Shown: piece after piece, positions 28,701 through 38,920 of the stretch
Numbering within the stretch: the first letter of the stretch is position 1
Layout of the letters: each line of letters starts with the position of its first letter
DNA from: an uncultured Candidatus Saccharibacteria bacterium
Lineage (GTDB): Bacteria; Patescibacteriota; UBA1384; 2-12-FULL-50-11
Length of the DNA stretch: 64,000 bases
Assembly (NCBI GenBank): GCA_964599405.1
Contig: CAZRED010000002.1
Coordinates: 44,198 to 108,197 of the forward strand
Direction: 5' to 3'
Notes under the pieces: generated by a model
Database searches by the model: none
Told to the model about the DNA's origin: nothing
Seen by the model: only the letters and a program-made list of their open reading frames with translations
Made by a program: the position numbers and the translations under genes

Positions 28701-29246
28701 TTATTTAGCTTTCAAGGTGAGGCTAATCGAAAACGAGTAGCTTTTACTGCCGGCGGTCTCACCCTCGGTAACGCTAGCTATTGAGGCGGCGGCGAAAGTG
28801 GGGGCGGTAGCCAACTTATCCTGGAAGAGAACGATTGAACGACGGGTGGGCGTAGTTCCGGAAACTGTAATAACTGCCCCCTTGCTGGCGTCGCTGGTAA
28901 TCGAAACGGTTGTTAAGACGGTGTCTTGCGGCGTGGAAGCGGCGATATCGCCAAGTACCGTATCCCAGTTGGTGCCGCTGCGATACTTGCCGGACTGTTC
29001 GATTCGTCCGTCGATAAAGCTGGCTTTTTCAGCTAGCCCGCTGTATTTCTGCTCCTGCACCGTTAGGGCGTCCAGTTGAGCCTGCTGATCGTCTAAATTA
29101 ATCTGGGCAACGTAGCTGAAGGTGGTAATTGCCACGGCGCCAAGGGTAATGGCGATAATCGTGGCGGCATAGCCAGTTAGCACCAGATAGATCCGAGAAT
29201 TCTGGTTCTGCCGTCCTTTTATTTCCTTGGGAGCTAAGTTAATTAT
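28701..29246 (-). CDS. pilN: PilN-like protein; probable ATA start at 29246 giving (M)INLAP
   Basis: Frame stays open upstream of the called GTG to the INLxP motif; TM, coiled coil, TP..T.LT; GGGAGG upstream. Confidence 0.7.
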   Translation of the reverse strand: MINLAPKEIKGRQNQNSRIYLVLTGYAATIIAITLGAVAITTFSYVAQINLDDQQAQLDALTVQEQKYSGLAEKASFIDGRIEQSGKYRSGTNWDTVLGDIAASTPQDTVLTTVSITSDASKGAVITVSGTTPTRRSIVLFQDKLATAPTFAAASIASVTEGETAGSKSYSFSISLTLKAK

Positions 29247-29248
29247 GA

Positions 29249-30292
29249 CTAAGCCTCCCGCATCGCTAGGCCGATGGCGTCGGCAAAGGTGTGGGTTAGT
29301 TCCGGCGGAACCGGGAAGCGATGGGTATCAACATTTTTAAACGGCTCGGCTAGGGCAACAGGTAGGCCGGTCTCGGACTTAAATAGCTCGGCGATGCCAG
29401 GGATGCCGGCGCCGGTGCCGGAGATAATAATTCCTTCAATTTTCACGCCCGGGCAGATGCGGTTTTCAAAAAACTTAATGACGTGAACTAGTTCATCAAA
29501 AACCGGTGCAATCTTCGCTTTCAATTCGGGCACCGGACCGGTAATCTTTTCGGCGATCATATGCGTTCCCCAAGGGACAGTCGAAGTGACTGTCAAGTCG
29601 TGCCCCTCCGCTACTGACACGCCAGTCCCCCCAACGCCCATGTCTATAATTATTCTAGCTTTTTTATCGTTAGTTCCCACTACCGAGCGGACAATTGCCC
29701 CTGGCTTAATATCAATCCCACCGAGCTCTAGCTTACAGAGCTGGCAAAGTTCAACGATTGAATCAACTAAAGTTTTTTTAGTAGCGGCAGCGAAAATTGT
29801 TTGATTGGTGGGCTTGGAGCTGGCCGGGGATTTGCTCGGTTTTGCTCCGGGTTTTTCTTCTGCAACGGACTTGTCTGGCGGTAGGAGGTCGTTTTTGCCA
29901 ACGGGGTTGCAGCTACTCTGGCTAACTTCGAAGTCTATATGGTATTCGTCTGGGTTAATCGACAGCCGTTCGGCCAGCTCGAAGGGTAGGGCTTTTTCCA
30001 GCTCCTGCTTAGTTAAAATTGGCATCGCTAAGGTGGCAGAAAAAATCACTGATTCTGGCAGCGCAAACATCGCCACGTGGCCGCTAATTGGGTGAGGTTT
30101 GGCGGCCCGCAAGGACTCGCTGACTACTTTGGCGATCTCCTGGACGTTTTCCAAGGTGTTAACCTTCCAGGAGCTGGGCGGGATATTGGCTAGGTGCATT
30201 CCCTGCAACCAATACCGCGAACCCTTCTTCTCCAGGCCAACCACTTTGACCGTTTCGAAGCCGATATCAACACCAACTACTATCTTACCGAT
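29249..30292 (-). CDS. pilM: PilM actin-like protein; probable ATC start at 30292
   Basis: In-frame GVDIG..TVK lies upstream of the called start; IIDMG, ISGTGA.IPG, AIGLAMR. Confidence 0.8.
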   Translation of the reverse strand: MGKIVVGVDIGFETVKVVGLEKKGSRYWLQGMHLANIPPSSWKVNTLENVQEIAKVVSESLRAAKPHPISGHVAMFALPESVIFSATLAMPILTKQELEKALPFELAERLSINPDEYHIDFEVSQSSCNPVGKNDLLPPDKSVAEEKPGAKPSKSPASSKPTNQTIFAAATKKTLVDSIVELCQLCKLELGGIDIKPGAIVRSVVGTNDKKARIIIDMGVGGTGVSVAEGHDLTVTSTVPWGTHMIAEKITGPVPELKAKIAPVFDELVHVIKFFENRICPGVKIEGIIISGTGAGIPGIAELFKSETGLPVALAEPFKNVDTHRFPVPPELTHTFADAIGLAMREA

Positions 30293-30342
30293 TTTCCCTC
30301 CTCATCTGTTTATTCTGAAGATTTGGTCGTTACCCGTCAAAT

Positions 30343-31551
30343 CTAGAAAGCATCGACAAGGTTGTAGATTGGCCCCAGTACCGAAGCAACGACAAAACCA
30401 ATACCAATACCCATTACCACCAACATAATCGGCTCCAGCAGAGTAGTTAGGTTCTTTGATAAGCTGTCGACTTCCCGGTCGTAAAACGAGGCGATCTCCA
30501 GCAGCACCGATTCCATATTGCCGGACTCCTCCCCAAGACTAACCAGTTGAGCAACCATCGGTGGAAAAAGGTCTTCGTGCTCGATAGCGCTAGAGAAAGT
30601 TTTGCCAGACTCAACCGATTTTTCAATCCGGGCAAAGGCCCGATCATAGTGAACATTACTGATAGTTTTCCGGATAATTTGAATCGACACCAAAATTGGC
30701 AAACTGGCTTTAATTAACATTGCCATCGTCCGGGAAAAACGAGCCATGTATACTTTTTTCGTTAACCCGCCGAAAATCGGAATCTTAATCTTGGCCTTAT
30801 CGTAGAACTCTTGTCCTCTGGGGGTGCGAGCCCACAGCCGGAGCAGAAAGACCGAGCCAACCAAGGAAGGGATAATCAGCCACCAGAAATTTCGGGCGAT
30901 ATTGCTGGTGCCAATCAGTATCCTGGTTAAAATTGGCAGTTCGGTGCCGGATTCGGTGAAAATTGTTTGTAGCGATGGGATAACAAACAGAACGATTAAG
31001 ACCACCACTCCAATCAGCAACGTGAAAATAACCGCCGGGTAGATCATGGCGCCTTTTACCTTGCCGACCAGGTCGGCTTCTCGCTCTTGTTGGTCGGCCA
31101 GTGTCAGCAGAACTTCCGAGAGCTGTCCGGTTTGCTCACCGGCTCGAATTACCGCGATATAGATTTGCGGGAAAACGTCCGGGTAGCGCTCCATCGCTTT
31201 CGAAAGAATCTGCCCGCCGCGAACTTTGTCGATCATGTCCTTCAAGACGTCGTGGAAGTATTCGTTCTCGGTCTGTTTGCTTAACGATTCCAGGGCCTTA
31301 ATAATCGAGAGGCCGGCTTTATTCATAACCGCCAGTTGGCGGGAGAAGATAATTTTTTCTTTCAATCCAACTTTTTTATGGAAAATTCCACTGCCACGGC
31401 GTTTCTTCTCACTAGTTTCAGTAATTGACAAAACAAAGTAGTTTTGGCCGCGCAAAAGCCGGTTGGCTTCAGTAATACTCTCCGATTGGATAATGCCCTT
31501 GCTGGCTTTTGTTTCTCCCGGTTTTCTTACTTCGTAGGTAAATAGCCCCAT
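30343..31551 (-). CDS. pilC: Type IV pilus platform protein (T2SSF family)
   Basis: FSRQLA.M..AGL, GEQTG.L, AMIYP, GEESG, LLEP. Confidence 0.93.
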   Translation of the reverse strand: MGLFTYEVRKPGETKASKGIIQSESITEANRLLRGQNYFVLSITETSEKKRRGSGIFHKKVGLKEKIIFSRQLAVMNKAGLSIIKALESLSKQTENEYFHDVLKDMIDKVRGGQILSKAMERYPDVFPQIYIAVIRAGEQTGQLSEVLLTLADQQEREADLVGKVKGAMIYPAVIFTLLIGVVVLIVLFVIPSLQTIFTESGTELPILTRILIGTSNIARNFWWLIIPSLVGSVFLLRLWARTPRGQEFYDKAKIKIPIFGGLTKKVYMARFSRTMAMLIKASLPILVSIQIIRKTISNVHYDRAFARIEKSVESGKTFSSAIEHEDLFPPMVAQLVSLGEESGNMESVLLEIASFYDREVDSLSKNLTTLLEPIMLVVMGIGIGFVVASVLGPIYNLVDAF

Positions 31552-31552
31552 C

Positions 31553-33454
31553 TTAGTCGCGGGCGACGCGCCAGACCTCTTCAATGGTAGTAACGCCGGC
31601 CATCGCTTTCAGGATACCGTCCTGCTTCATCGTAATCAGCCCCTCTTTGAAGGCTTGGGCGACAATTTCGCTGGTGCTAGCGTGCTTCAGGGCCAGCTGG
31701 CGGATTGGCTCGGTAATTGATAACACTTCAAAGATACCAATACGCCCGGAGTAGCCACTGTTGTTACAGGCTTCGCAGCCTTGGCCAACGTAAAATTTAT
31801 TGATTTTTAGCGCTGCCGATTTCTCCGGCTCCGGCATTAAGTCCATTTCTTTTTTCACCGCTTCCACATCCTCCGGTTTAATTGGTGCTTCTTTACGGCA
31901 TTTCTCACAGATTTTTCGACACAACCGTTGGCCGACTACTGCATTGAGCGAAGAGGTAATTAAAAACGGTTCAATTCCCATATCGAGCAGTCGGGGGATA
32001 GCGCCGGCCGAGTCATTGGTGTGGAGCGTGGAAAGCACAATATGGCCAGTTAAGGCGGCATTAATGGCAATATCGGCCGTTTCGCGATCGCGAATTTCTC
32101 CCACCATCACCACGTCGGGGTCTTGGCGCAAAATTGAGCGCAAACCGGTAGCAAAGGTGAAGTCAATCTTCGAATTCACCTGGCTTTGGTTGACTTCCGG
32201 CATTCGGTATTCGACGGGATCTTCCATAGTAACGATGTTAATGCCGGGGTCATTAATAGTGCTAATTGCCGAGTAGAGGGTAGTGGATTTACCGGAGCCA
32301 GTCGGACCGGTCACCAGAATCATGCCGTGGGATTTCTTGATGTTATCGCTCAGTATCTTCAAATTCCGGCCAGTGATACCCTGTTCTTCGAAGCTCATTA
32401 CGCCCTTGCTGTGCATTAGAACGCGAGCAACCACTTTCTCGCCGTTGACAGTGGGCAAGGTGGAAATACGGAAATCGACTTTCTCGCCGTCCATCAGAAT
32501 TTGAATCCGGCCATCTTGGGGCAGGCGGGTTTCGTCAATTTTCAAGTTAGAAAGAATTTTAATTCGGGAAATTACGCCACTTTTGACTTGTTTGGGCAGC
32601 GTCAATACTTTGCGTAGCACACCATCCACCCTGAAACGCACCTGAACTTCTTCTTCCAACGGCTCAATATGAATATCAGAAGCTTTTTCCCGAACCGAGC
32701 GTTTCAAGAGTGATGCGACAATTTTGGCAGCTGGAGAGGTTTCGGTAATTTCTTCGTCATCAGCAGCATCTTTTTTGGCTTCTTCGTCTTCGTCAACTGT
32801 CTCCAGTTCTTCGCTGGATTTCACCAGCTCTTTTAGGTCGGCTTGGAGCGAGGTGTATTGGTCGAGAATCCGGTTAACGTCGTCGAGGGTAGTGATAAAT
32901 GGCCGAATAATTTTTCCAGAAGTTTTACGGATAGTGTTGAAAGCCTCTTCGTTTTCTGGGTCGGTCATGGCTACTGACAGTGTGTTGCCTTCTAAAGCAA
33001 ACGGCACAGCCAAATACTTCCGGGCAATTTTATCAGGAATCAAAGCCAGGATATTTTTGGGGATCTGCTTACCGGAGAGCTCAATAAATTGAACATCGCT
33101 GCCGCGGGTTTGGAGCGGACTAATCCGGAATGTCTCGTCGATTGGTTGGAGGGGCGCTTCGGTGGCCGGAGTAGCGGTCAAGGAATCCTTAATCGCCTCG
33201 TTGACTGTGAATTCGATAGTGGTGGCCGCATCCAACTTTAAGACCTGCCTCTTACCGCCGAAATTAGTCGTGACTTTGCGGCTGGGTAGTCGAACTAACT
33301 TGAAAGTGCCCAGATCGGGCAGCTCTACCGCTTCATCAGCGCGGAGTGCTTCTCCAATCACGTCAGTACCGGCTTTCAAATAGGCCCGCACCTTAAATGT
33401 CGGCAACTTCGTCGCTGTGGCGATTTTTTTAATCACATCATTTGTTACTGCCAA
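31553..33454 (-). CDS. pilB: Type IV pilus assembly ATPase with N-terminal HU/IHF-like domain (TTG start)
   Basis: ASDIHIEP, RLPQDGR, GPTGSGKST, EDPVEY, LRQDPD...GEIRD, TLHTN, two CxxC; GAGGAGGG SD before the TTG at 33454. Confidence 0.93.
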   Translation of the reverse strand: MAVTNDVIKKIATATKLPTFKVRAYLKAGTDVIGEALRADEAVELPDLGTFKLVRLPSRKVTTNFGGKRQVLKLDAATTIEFTVNEAIKDSLTATPATEAPLQPIDETFRISPLQTRGSDVQFIELSGKQIPKNILALIPDKIARKYLAVPFALEGNTLSVAMTDPENEEAFNTIRKTSGKIIRPFITTLDDVNRILDQYTSLQADLKELVKSSEELETVDEDEEAKKDAADDEEITETSPAAKIVASLLKRSVREKASDIHIEPLEEEVQVRFRVDGVLRKVLTLPKQVKSGVISRIKILSNLKIDETRLPQDGRIQILMDGEKVDFRISTLPTVNGEKVVARVLMHSKGVMSFEEQGITGRNLKILSDNIKKSHGMILVTGPTGSGKSTTLYSAISTINDPGINIVTMEDPVEYRMPEVNQSQVNSKIDFTFATGLRSILRQDPDVVMVGEIRDRETADIAINAALTGHIVLSTLHTNDSAGAIPRLLDMGIEPFLITSSLNAVVGQRLCRKICEKCRKEAPIKPEDVEAVKKEMDLMPEPEKSAALKINKFYVGQGCEACNNSGYSGRIGIFEVLSITEPIRQLALKHASTSEIVAQAFKEGLITMKQDGILKAMAGVTTIEEVWRVARD

Positions 33455-33593
33455 CTCACCCTCCTCTATGCATGCTAGCAAAAGAGCGACAATTTGACAC
33501 ATAAATGTCCTCTGAGTGTGACAGTGACAATGGGGGTGGTCTGTGGCAATATGAGCCCATGCAAAAAAGAGGGAGAAATGGCCTGGGTGGTCG

Positions 33594-35099
33594 ATGACCA
33601 CACTCTACCGGCTTTATCGGCCGACCCATTTCGGTGAAGTAATTGGCCAGGATCATATCCGCTCGGTGCTTCAAAACACGGTGGCTAAAAACGCGATTGG
33701 CCAAGCCTACCTTTTCTCCGGTCCGCGGGGAAGCGGCAAGACTACCGTAGCTCGGCTCTTTGCCAAAGCCGCCAACTGCCAGAAGCCAGCTAAAGACGGC
33801 AACCCCTGCAATAAATGCGCTAGCTGCCAAGAAATTATGGACGGGCGAGCGGTGGATGTGTTGGAAATTGATGCCGCATCGAACCGGGGAATCGATGAAA
33901 TCCGCGAATTACGCGAAAGAGTAAATTTCACACCGGTCGCCGCCAAATTCAAAGTTTACATTATTGACGAGGTGCATATGCTCACCCGTGAAGCATTTAA
34001 TGCCCTGCTCAAGACCCTGGAAGAGCCGCCCACTCACGCCATTTTTATCTTAGCTACTACCGAATTACACAAAGTGCCAGAAACAATCATTTCGCGCTGC
34101 CAACGTTTTGCTTTTCGCCGGGCCAGCGATCAAGAGCTCCAGCAGTTATTAGAAACTGTGGTCGGTAAAGAAAAAATTCCTCTGGCGGCCGAAGCGTTTG
34201 AAGTGATTATCCGCCGAGCCGAAGGGTCGTACCGCGACGCACTGTCGCTGCTCGGCAGCCTTTCGGCCCATGGCGGCAATATTAGTCACGATCAAGCTTT
34301 GATGCTACTGGGGTTGCCGCCACAACAGCTGCTAGAGGGTATCGTTACCGACTTGGAACAGGGCAACGCCGGGGAGCTGCAAGCCAAACTGATTGCGGCG
34401 CTGACCGCCGGGCACGACCTAGTGATTTTAACGAAGGTCTTAGCCGACCATTACAAGAAAAGGATCCTGCAATCTGGCGAAATTGGCGAAAAAATCGGCC
34501 GCGACGCGGCCATTTTAGAGCAGCTGTTAGTGGCCCTAACCCGTAGTCGCTACAGCAGCGACCCGACTGGCTCGGTACTCGCTCGGCTCCTGTCGGTGTG
34601 TACGGCGATTAACAGCCAAGCGGCCAAATCTGCGCCTACTAAACCAGTGATGGTGTCCTCTGAGCAAACTCAAGTCAAAGACCTTCATCAACCCACCGAT
34701 GATCCTCTCGACGCCCAGAAGCCAACTGAAGCTGCTAACGTTGATGCTGTCACTAGTCCGGTTAAACCCATCGAAGGAATGGAAGAATTCTGGAGCGCCT
34801 TTTTGCACGAAATGAAACAACACAACCACGCCCTCTACATGTTGCTACGCTCGGCGATTCTGCTGGATTTAACGGATGAAAAAATGCTGCTGGCAGTGCG
34901 TTTTCGTTTTTACTCCGAGCGGCTTTTTGAAGTGAAAAACCGCCAGCTGATTGAAGCCTCGGCCGAAAAGTTGCTTGGCAAAAAAATTACTCTAGAGTGC
35001 GAAGTGCGTAGCGACTTGGATACCGGAGCAGGCGGGGGCGAGGATTTGGTCAGCGCTGTTGTTGACGTCTTTGAATTGGAGAAATCCCCCGATGAATAA
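33594..35099 (+). CDS. dnaX: DNA polymerase III subunit gamma/tau
   Basis: LYRLYRP..F, GPRGSGKTT, DAASNRG, IIDEVHML, SRC. Confidence 0.96.
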   Translation: MTTLYRLYRPTHFGEVIGQDHIRSVLQNTVAKNAIGQAYLFSGPRGSGKTTVARLFAKAANCQKPAKDGNPCNKCASCQEIMDGRAVDVLEIDAASNRGIDEIRELRERVNFTPVAAKFKVYIIDEVHMLTREAFNALLKTLEEPPTHAIFILATTELHKVPETIISRCQRFAFRRASDQELQQLLETVVGKEKIPLAAEAFEVIIRRAEGSYRDALSLLGSLSAHGGNISHDQALMLLGLPPQQLLEGIVTDLEQGNAGELQAKLIAALTAGHDLVILTKVLADHYKKRILQSGEIGEKIGRDAAILEQLLVALTRSRYSSDPTGSVLARLLSVCTAINSQAAKSAPTKPVMVSSEQTQVKDLHQPTDDPLDAQKPTEAANVDAVTSPVKPIEGMEEFWSAFLHEMKQHNHALYMLLRSAILLDLTDEKMLLAVRFRFYSERLFEVKNRQLIEASAEKLLGKKITLECEVRSDLDTGAGGGEDLVSAVVDVFELEKSPDE

Positions 35100-35102
35100 T
35101 AG

Positions 35103-36467
35103 ATGAGTAATAGTAGCAAAGAGCCCCTAGGCAAATTGCCGCCGCAAAACACTGAAGCCGAAGCCGCCGTGTTAGGTGCGGTATTGGTGAATAAAGAAGC
35201 CATCGACAAAATCGCCGATGTGATTGTTGATCAAGATTTTTACCGCCACGACCACCAAATTATTTTTCGGGCGATACTGCGGCTCTACGAAAAGCGCTCA
35301 CCGATTGATTTGGTTACTTTAACCAACGAACTGGACGGTTTGAAACAGCTTGATGAAATTGGCGGCCCGGCTTATTTGGCGCAGTTGGTTAATAATGTTC
35401 CTACCGCTCTGCACGTCGCTCGCTACGCCGAGATTGTTCACCAAAAAGCGGTGCTACGGCGGATTTTGGCGGCCGGACAAAAAATCACTAGTCTCGGTTA
35501 TGAAGAGGATAAAGAGGTGGACGAAGTGTTGGACGAGGCCGAAAAAGCCCTGTTTGGCGTCAGCCACCAGCTAATTAAAGATAATTTCTTGCCGATTTCC
35601 GATATTTTGGCGGCGAGTTTTGACCGCATTGACCAGCTGCACCGCGAAAAAGGGATGCTTCGCGGTGTCACTACCGGCTTTAAGGATTTAGACAACAAAC
35701 TCTCCGGCTTGCAGGCCTCGGATTTGGTGATTATCGCTGCTCGCCCCAGTATGGGTAAAACGACGTTCGCGTTGAATATCGCCCTCAATGCGGCCATTCA
35801 AGGCAAAACGCCAGTGGGCTTTTTCTCGCTGGAGCAGAGTAAGGAACAGGTGGTAGATCGGTTAATCTCTGCCCAAGCGATGGTAGACGGCTGGAAACTA
35901 CGCACCGGTAACTTGCGCGAAGACGACTTCCCGGCGATCGGAATGGCGATGGGGACATTGGCCGAGGCGCCGATTTTTATCGACGATTCGCCACTACTCA
36001 CTCCGATTGAAATTCGTACCCGCGCCCGCCGGCTGAAGGCCGATCATAACTTAGGCCTAATTGTTGTTGACTACCTCCAGTTGGTGGATAGTGGCGGCTA
36101 CGGTGGCAACGATAACCGGGTGCAGCAGGTCTCGGAGATTTCCCGCTCGCTGAAAGCCCTGGCTCGCGAGCTGAACGTGCCGGTAATTGCCCTTTCCCAG
36201 CTCTCCCGCGCCGTCGAGAGCCGCGATAAAAAAATTCCCCAGCTGTCGGACTTGAGAGATTCGGGTTCAATTGAGCAAGATGCCGACGTGGTGATGTTTC
36301 TGTACCGCGAAGACTACTACGATCGCGATACCGAGCGCAAAGGCATTACCGACGTGATGATTCGCAAACACCGCAACGGCCCAATTGGCGAAATCGAACT
36401 GCACTTCAAGCCAGAACAAGGCCGCTTCTACGGCGTCGAGCGCAAAGCCAAAGCCAAGGCGGAGTAA
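35103..36467 (+). CDS. dnaB: Replicative DNA helicase
   Basis: PPQN.EAE, ARPSMGKT, DYLQL, LSQLSR, DLRDSGSIEQDAD, K.RNGP. Confidence 0.98.
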   Translation: MSNSSKEPLGKLPPQNTEAEAAVLGAVLVNKEAIDKIADVIVDQDFYRHDHQIIFRAILRLYEKRSPIDLVTLTNELDGLKQLDEIGGPAYLAQLVNNVPTALHVARYAEIVHQKAVLRRILAAGQKITSLGYEEDKEVDEVLDEAEKALFGVSHQLIKDNFLPISDILAASFDRIDQLHREKGMLRGVTTGFKDLDNKLSGLQASDLVIIAARPSMGKTTFALNIALNAAIQGKTPVGFFSLEQSKEQVVDRLISAQAMVDGWKLRTGNLREDDFPAIGMAMGTLAEAPIFIDDSPLLTPIEIRTRARRLKADHNLGLIVVDYLQLVDSGGYGGNDNRVQQVSEISRSLKALARELNVPVIALSQLSRAVESRDKKIPQLSDLRDSGSIEQDADVVMFLYREDYYDRDTERKGITDVMIRKHRNGPIGEIELHFKPEQGRFYGVERKAKAKAE

Positions 36468-36513
36468 CTAGATAATTGCTCCAAGTAGATAATTTCGTTA
36501 CGCTCGTTTTTGC

Positions 36514-38385
36514 ATGTCAGATACCAAAAACCCCGTTTTTGCCGATTTAAACCCTGCCCAAATTGCAGCCGTTAAAGCCACCGAGGGGCCAGTACTGATT
36601 CTGGCAGGCGCCGGGAGTGGCAAAACCAAGTGTCTAACCCACCGTTTGGCTTTTATTGTTGACCAAAAACGGGCGAATCTAAGTGAAATCCTCTGTATAA
36701 CTTTCACAAATAAAGCGGCCCAAGAACTAGCCGAGCGGATTTTGAAAATTCTCGGCCAGCCGCTAGCTGCACACCAAAAAAATCCAGCGTTTGCCATTCG
36801 CCGCTTACTGCCGTGGGTGGGCACATTTCACTCGGTTTGCGTGCGAATTTTGCGAGCCGAGCACGTTGCTGCGGGGATTTCGCGCAGTTTCACCATTTTT
36901 GACTCCGACGACTCGCTATCTACTGTCAAACAAATCCTTAAAGACAAAAACCTCGACCCCAAGCAGTACAGCCCCCAAGCGATTCGTTCAATTATTAGCC
37001 ACAACAAGAATGAGCTGATGACTCCAGATCAGTACGAGCCGTATGCCCAAGGGCATTTTCAAACGATTGCTCTGGAAGTTTTCCGAGCCTACGAGAAGCA
37101 GTTGGGCGAACTTCAAGCGCTCGACTTCGATGACCTAATTGGCCGAACCGTAAAAGTACTCAAGGAGAACAAAGAAGTGCGCGAGAGATATCACCAGCAG
37201 TTTAAGTACGTGATGGTGGACGAGTACCAGGACACCAATAAAGCCCAGTATCAGCTAACTCGTTTACTAACCAACCCGAAAACCAACAATCTTTGCGTGG
37301 TAGGCGATGATTTTCAGTCGATTTATGCCTGGCGCGGCGCTAATTTCCAGAATATTTTGAACTTTGCCCGGGATTACACCAACACGACTATTATCAAATT
37401 GGAACAGAACTACCGCTCGACTAAAACTATTCTGGCCGCCTCGGATGCGATTATCAAAAAGGTTAAGAAACGCTCCAACAAAACTATCTGGACCGACAAT
37501 GAGGCCGGCCCGCCGATCACCATTTTCGAAGCCAACAACGCCTACGCCGAAGCGGATTTTATCGCCACGGAAATTCGCAGTCTGCGCGGGCTAGGCTACA
37601 ACTGGTCCGACGGTGCCATTCTGTACCGAACCAACGCCCAGTCCCGTATTTTGGAAGAAATCTTTCTCTCGGAAGGTGTACCGTATCGTCTAGTCGGGGC
37701 GCTGCGCTTCTACGAACGCAAGGAAGTGAAAGATATGCTCTCTTATATCCGGTTTATCGCTAATCAAAACGACACCCACTCGTTGGCGCGGATTATCAAC
37801 CTGCCGCCACGGGGTATCGGGCCGAAAACTTTCAAAGCCGGCGGTGAAAAGGTTCAGCAATTTCTGGACCAGATGGAAATAATTCGCCAGAGCGTTGGGC
37901 AAAATCCTCCGGCAGCTATTTTGGAGCAAGTCCTTAAGGCCACCCGCTATCAAGCTTTTGTTGACGACGGCACGGAGGAAGGGGAGAGCCGTTGGGAGAA
38001 CGTCGAGGAATTGCGTAACTTAGCCCAAGAGTTCGAGACGATTGAAGACTTTTTGGAGCACGTGGCGCTGGTTTCAGACGTCGACAACTTCGACCGGGGA
38101 GCGGACGCGGTAACGCTGATGACTCTGCACTCTTCCAAGGGTTTGGAGTTTACCACCGTCTTTCTGGCCGGCCTGGAAGAGGGACTGTTTCCCCATATGC
38201 GCTCGCTGGAAGACGACGCCGAAATGGATGAAGAGCGCCGGCTTTGCTATGTTGGCATGACCCGAGCCAAGAAGCGGCTCTACATGACCATGGCTCGCTC
38301 CCGAATTACCCACGGCGGCCTGACGATGACTCTGCCGAGCCGTTTCCTGGCGGAGATAGATTCCAGTCTTGTCGACCGGGTCTGA
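36514..38385 (+). CDS. pcrA: UvrD/PcrA SF1A helicase, compact
   Basis: AGAGSGKT, TFTNKAA, DEYQD, QNYRST, HSSKGLEF, EERRL.YVG.TRA. Confidence 0.93.
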   Translation: MSDTKNPVFADLNPAQIAAVKATEGPVLILAGAGSGKTKCLTHRLAFIVDQKRANLSEILCITFTNKAAQELAERILKILGQPLAAHQKNPAFAIRRLLPWVGTFHSVCVRILRAEHVAAGISRSFTIFDSDDSLSTVKQILKDKNLDPKQYSPQAIRSIISHNKNELMTPDQYEPYAQGHFQTIALEVFRAYEKQLGELQALDFDDLIGRTVKVLKENKEVRERYHQQFKYVMVDEYQDTNKAQYQLTRLLTNPKTNNLCVVGDDFQSIYAWRGANFQNILNFARDYTNTTIIKLEQNYRSTKTILAASDAIIKKVKKRSNKTIWTDNEAGPPITIFEANNAYAEADFIATEIRSLRGLGYNWSDGAILYRTNAQSRILEEIFLSEGVPYRLVGALRFYERKEVKDMLSYIRFIANQNDTHSLARIINLPPRGIGPKTFKAGGEKVQQFLDQMEIIRQSVGQNPPAAILEQVLKATRYQAFVDDGTEEGESRWENVEELRNLAQEFETIEDFLEHVALVSDVDNFDRGADAVTLMTLHSSKGLEFTTVFLAGLEEGLFPHMRSLEDDAEMDEERRLCYVGMTRAKKRLYMTMARSRITHGGLTMTLPSRFLAEIDSSLVDRV

Positions 38386-38404
38386 AGCGATTAGGATATT
38401 CTTC

Positions 38405-38884
38405 ATGGATACATTGCGCTTTCGGGGCGAAATAACCGGCCGAGTAACAGTTCTTCATAATCAGCTAACAGCTGCGTCTTGCCTATCTTTCTTGCTAATT
38501 CTGGCAATTATTTGGCTCAACCAAAGTCAACAAGTCGAACTGGTGCCTTGGCTACTGCTTGGCATCCAACCGGTGTTTGCCGCACTCGCCTTTAACTATC
38601 AAGCTAACCAGATAACGATGGAGGCGTTGGCTAAATATTTAATTACTTCCGAATCGCAAGATAAAGTTTGGGAGAGTGTTTGGGACAACTATAAAAAGAA
38701 CATCCGGTTGGCCAGCGTGTTGAAAACAACCGGATTAATACTGCCACAGATTCTTATTCTGGCTTGGCTTACCATCAACTGTTCGGAACTTAATCAACTG
38801 CAGAAACTTGTACTGGCTTTTGACTGGTTAATGGGGTTATTGGTTCTGATTAACTTCCGTTTTAAAATCCGACCGCCGGCTTGA
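38405..38884 (+). CDS. Hypothetical membrane protein (about 4 TM)
   Basis: Four hydrophobic segments; ATG at 38405. Confidence 0.55.
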   Translation: MDTLRFRGEITGRVTVLHNQLTAASCLSFLLILAIIWLNQSQQVELVPWLLLGIQPVFAALAFNYQANQITMEALAKYLITSESQDKVWESVWDNYKKNIRLASVLKTTGLILPQILILAWLTINCSELNQLQKLVLAFDWLMGLLVLINFRFKIRPPA

Positions 38885-38920
38885 CTCTTTGACAACTGGG
38901 GCTAGTGTAGATACACAGTC

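Noticed and set aside
33487-33529. Repeated (T/C)GACA motifs between pilB and dnaX
   Set aside because: Irregular spacing and too short to distinguish from chance or from -35 elements.
33455-33601. His/Cys-rich N-terminal extension of the called PilB ORF (HPHCHCH)
   Set aside because: It overlaps the dnaX start and divergent promoter region. A strong SD points to the TTG at 33454, so the extension is probably not translated.
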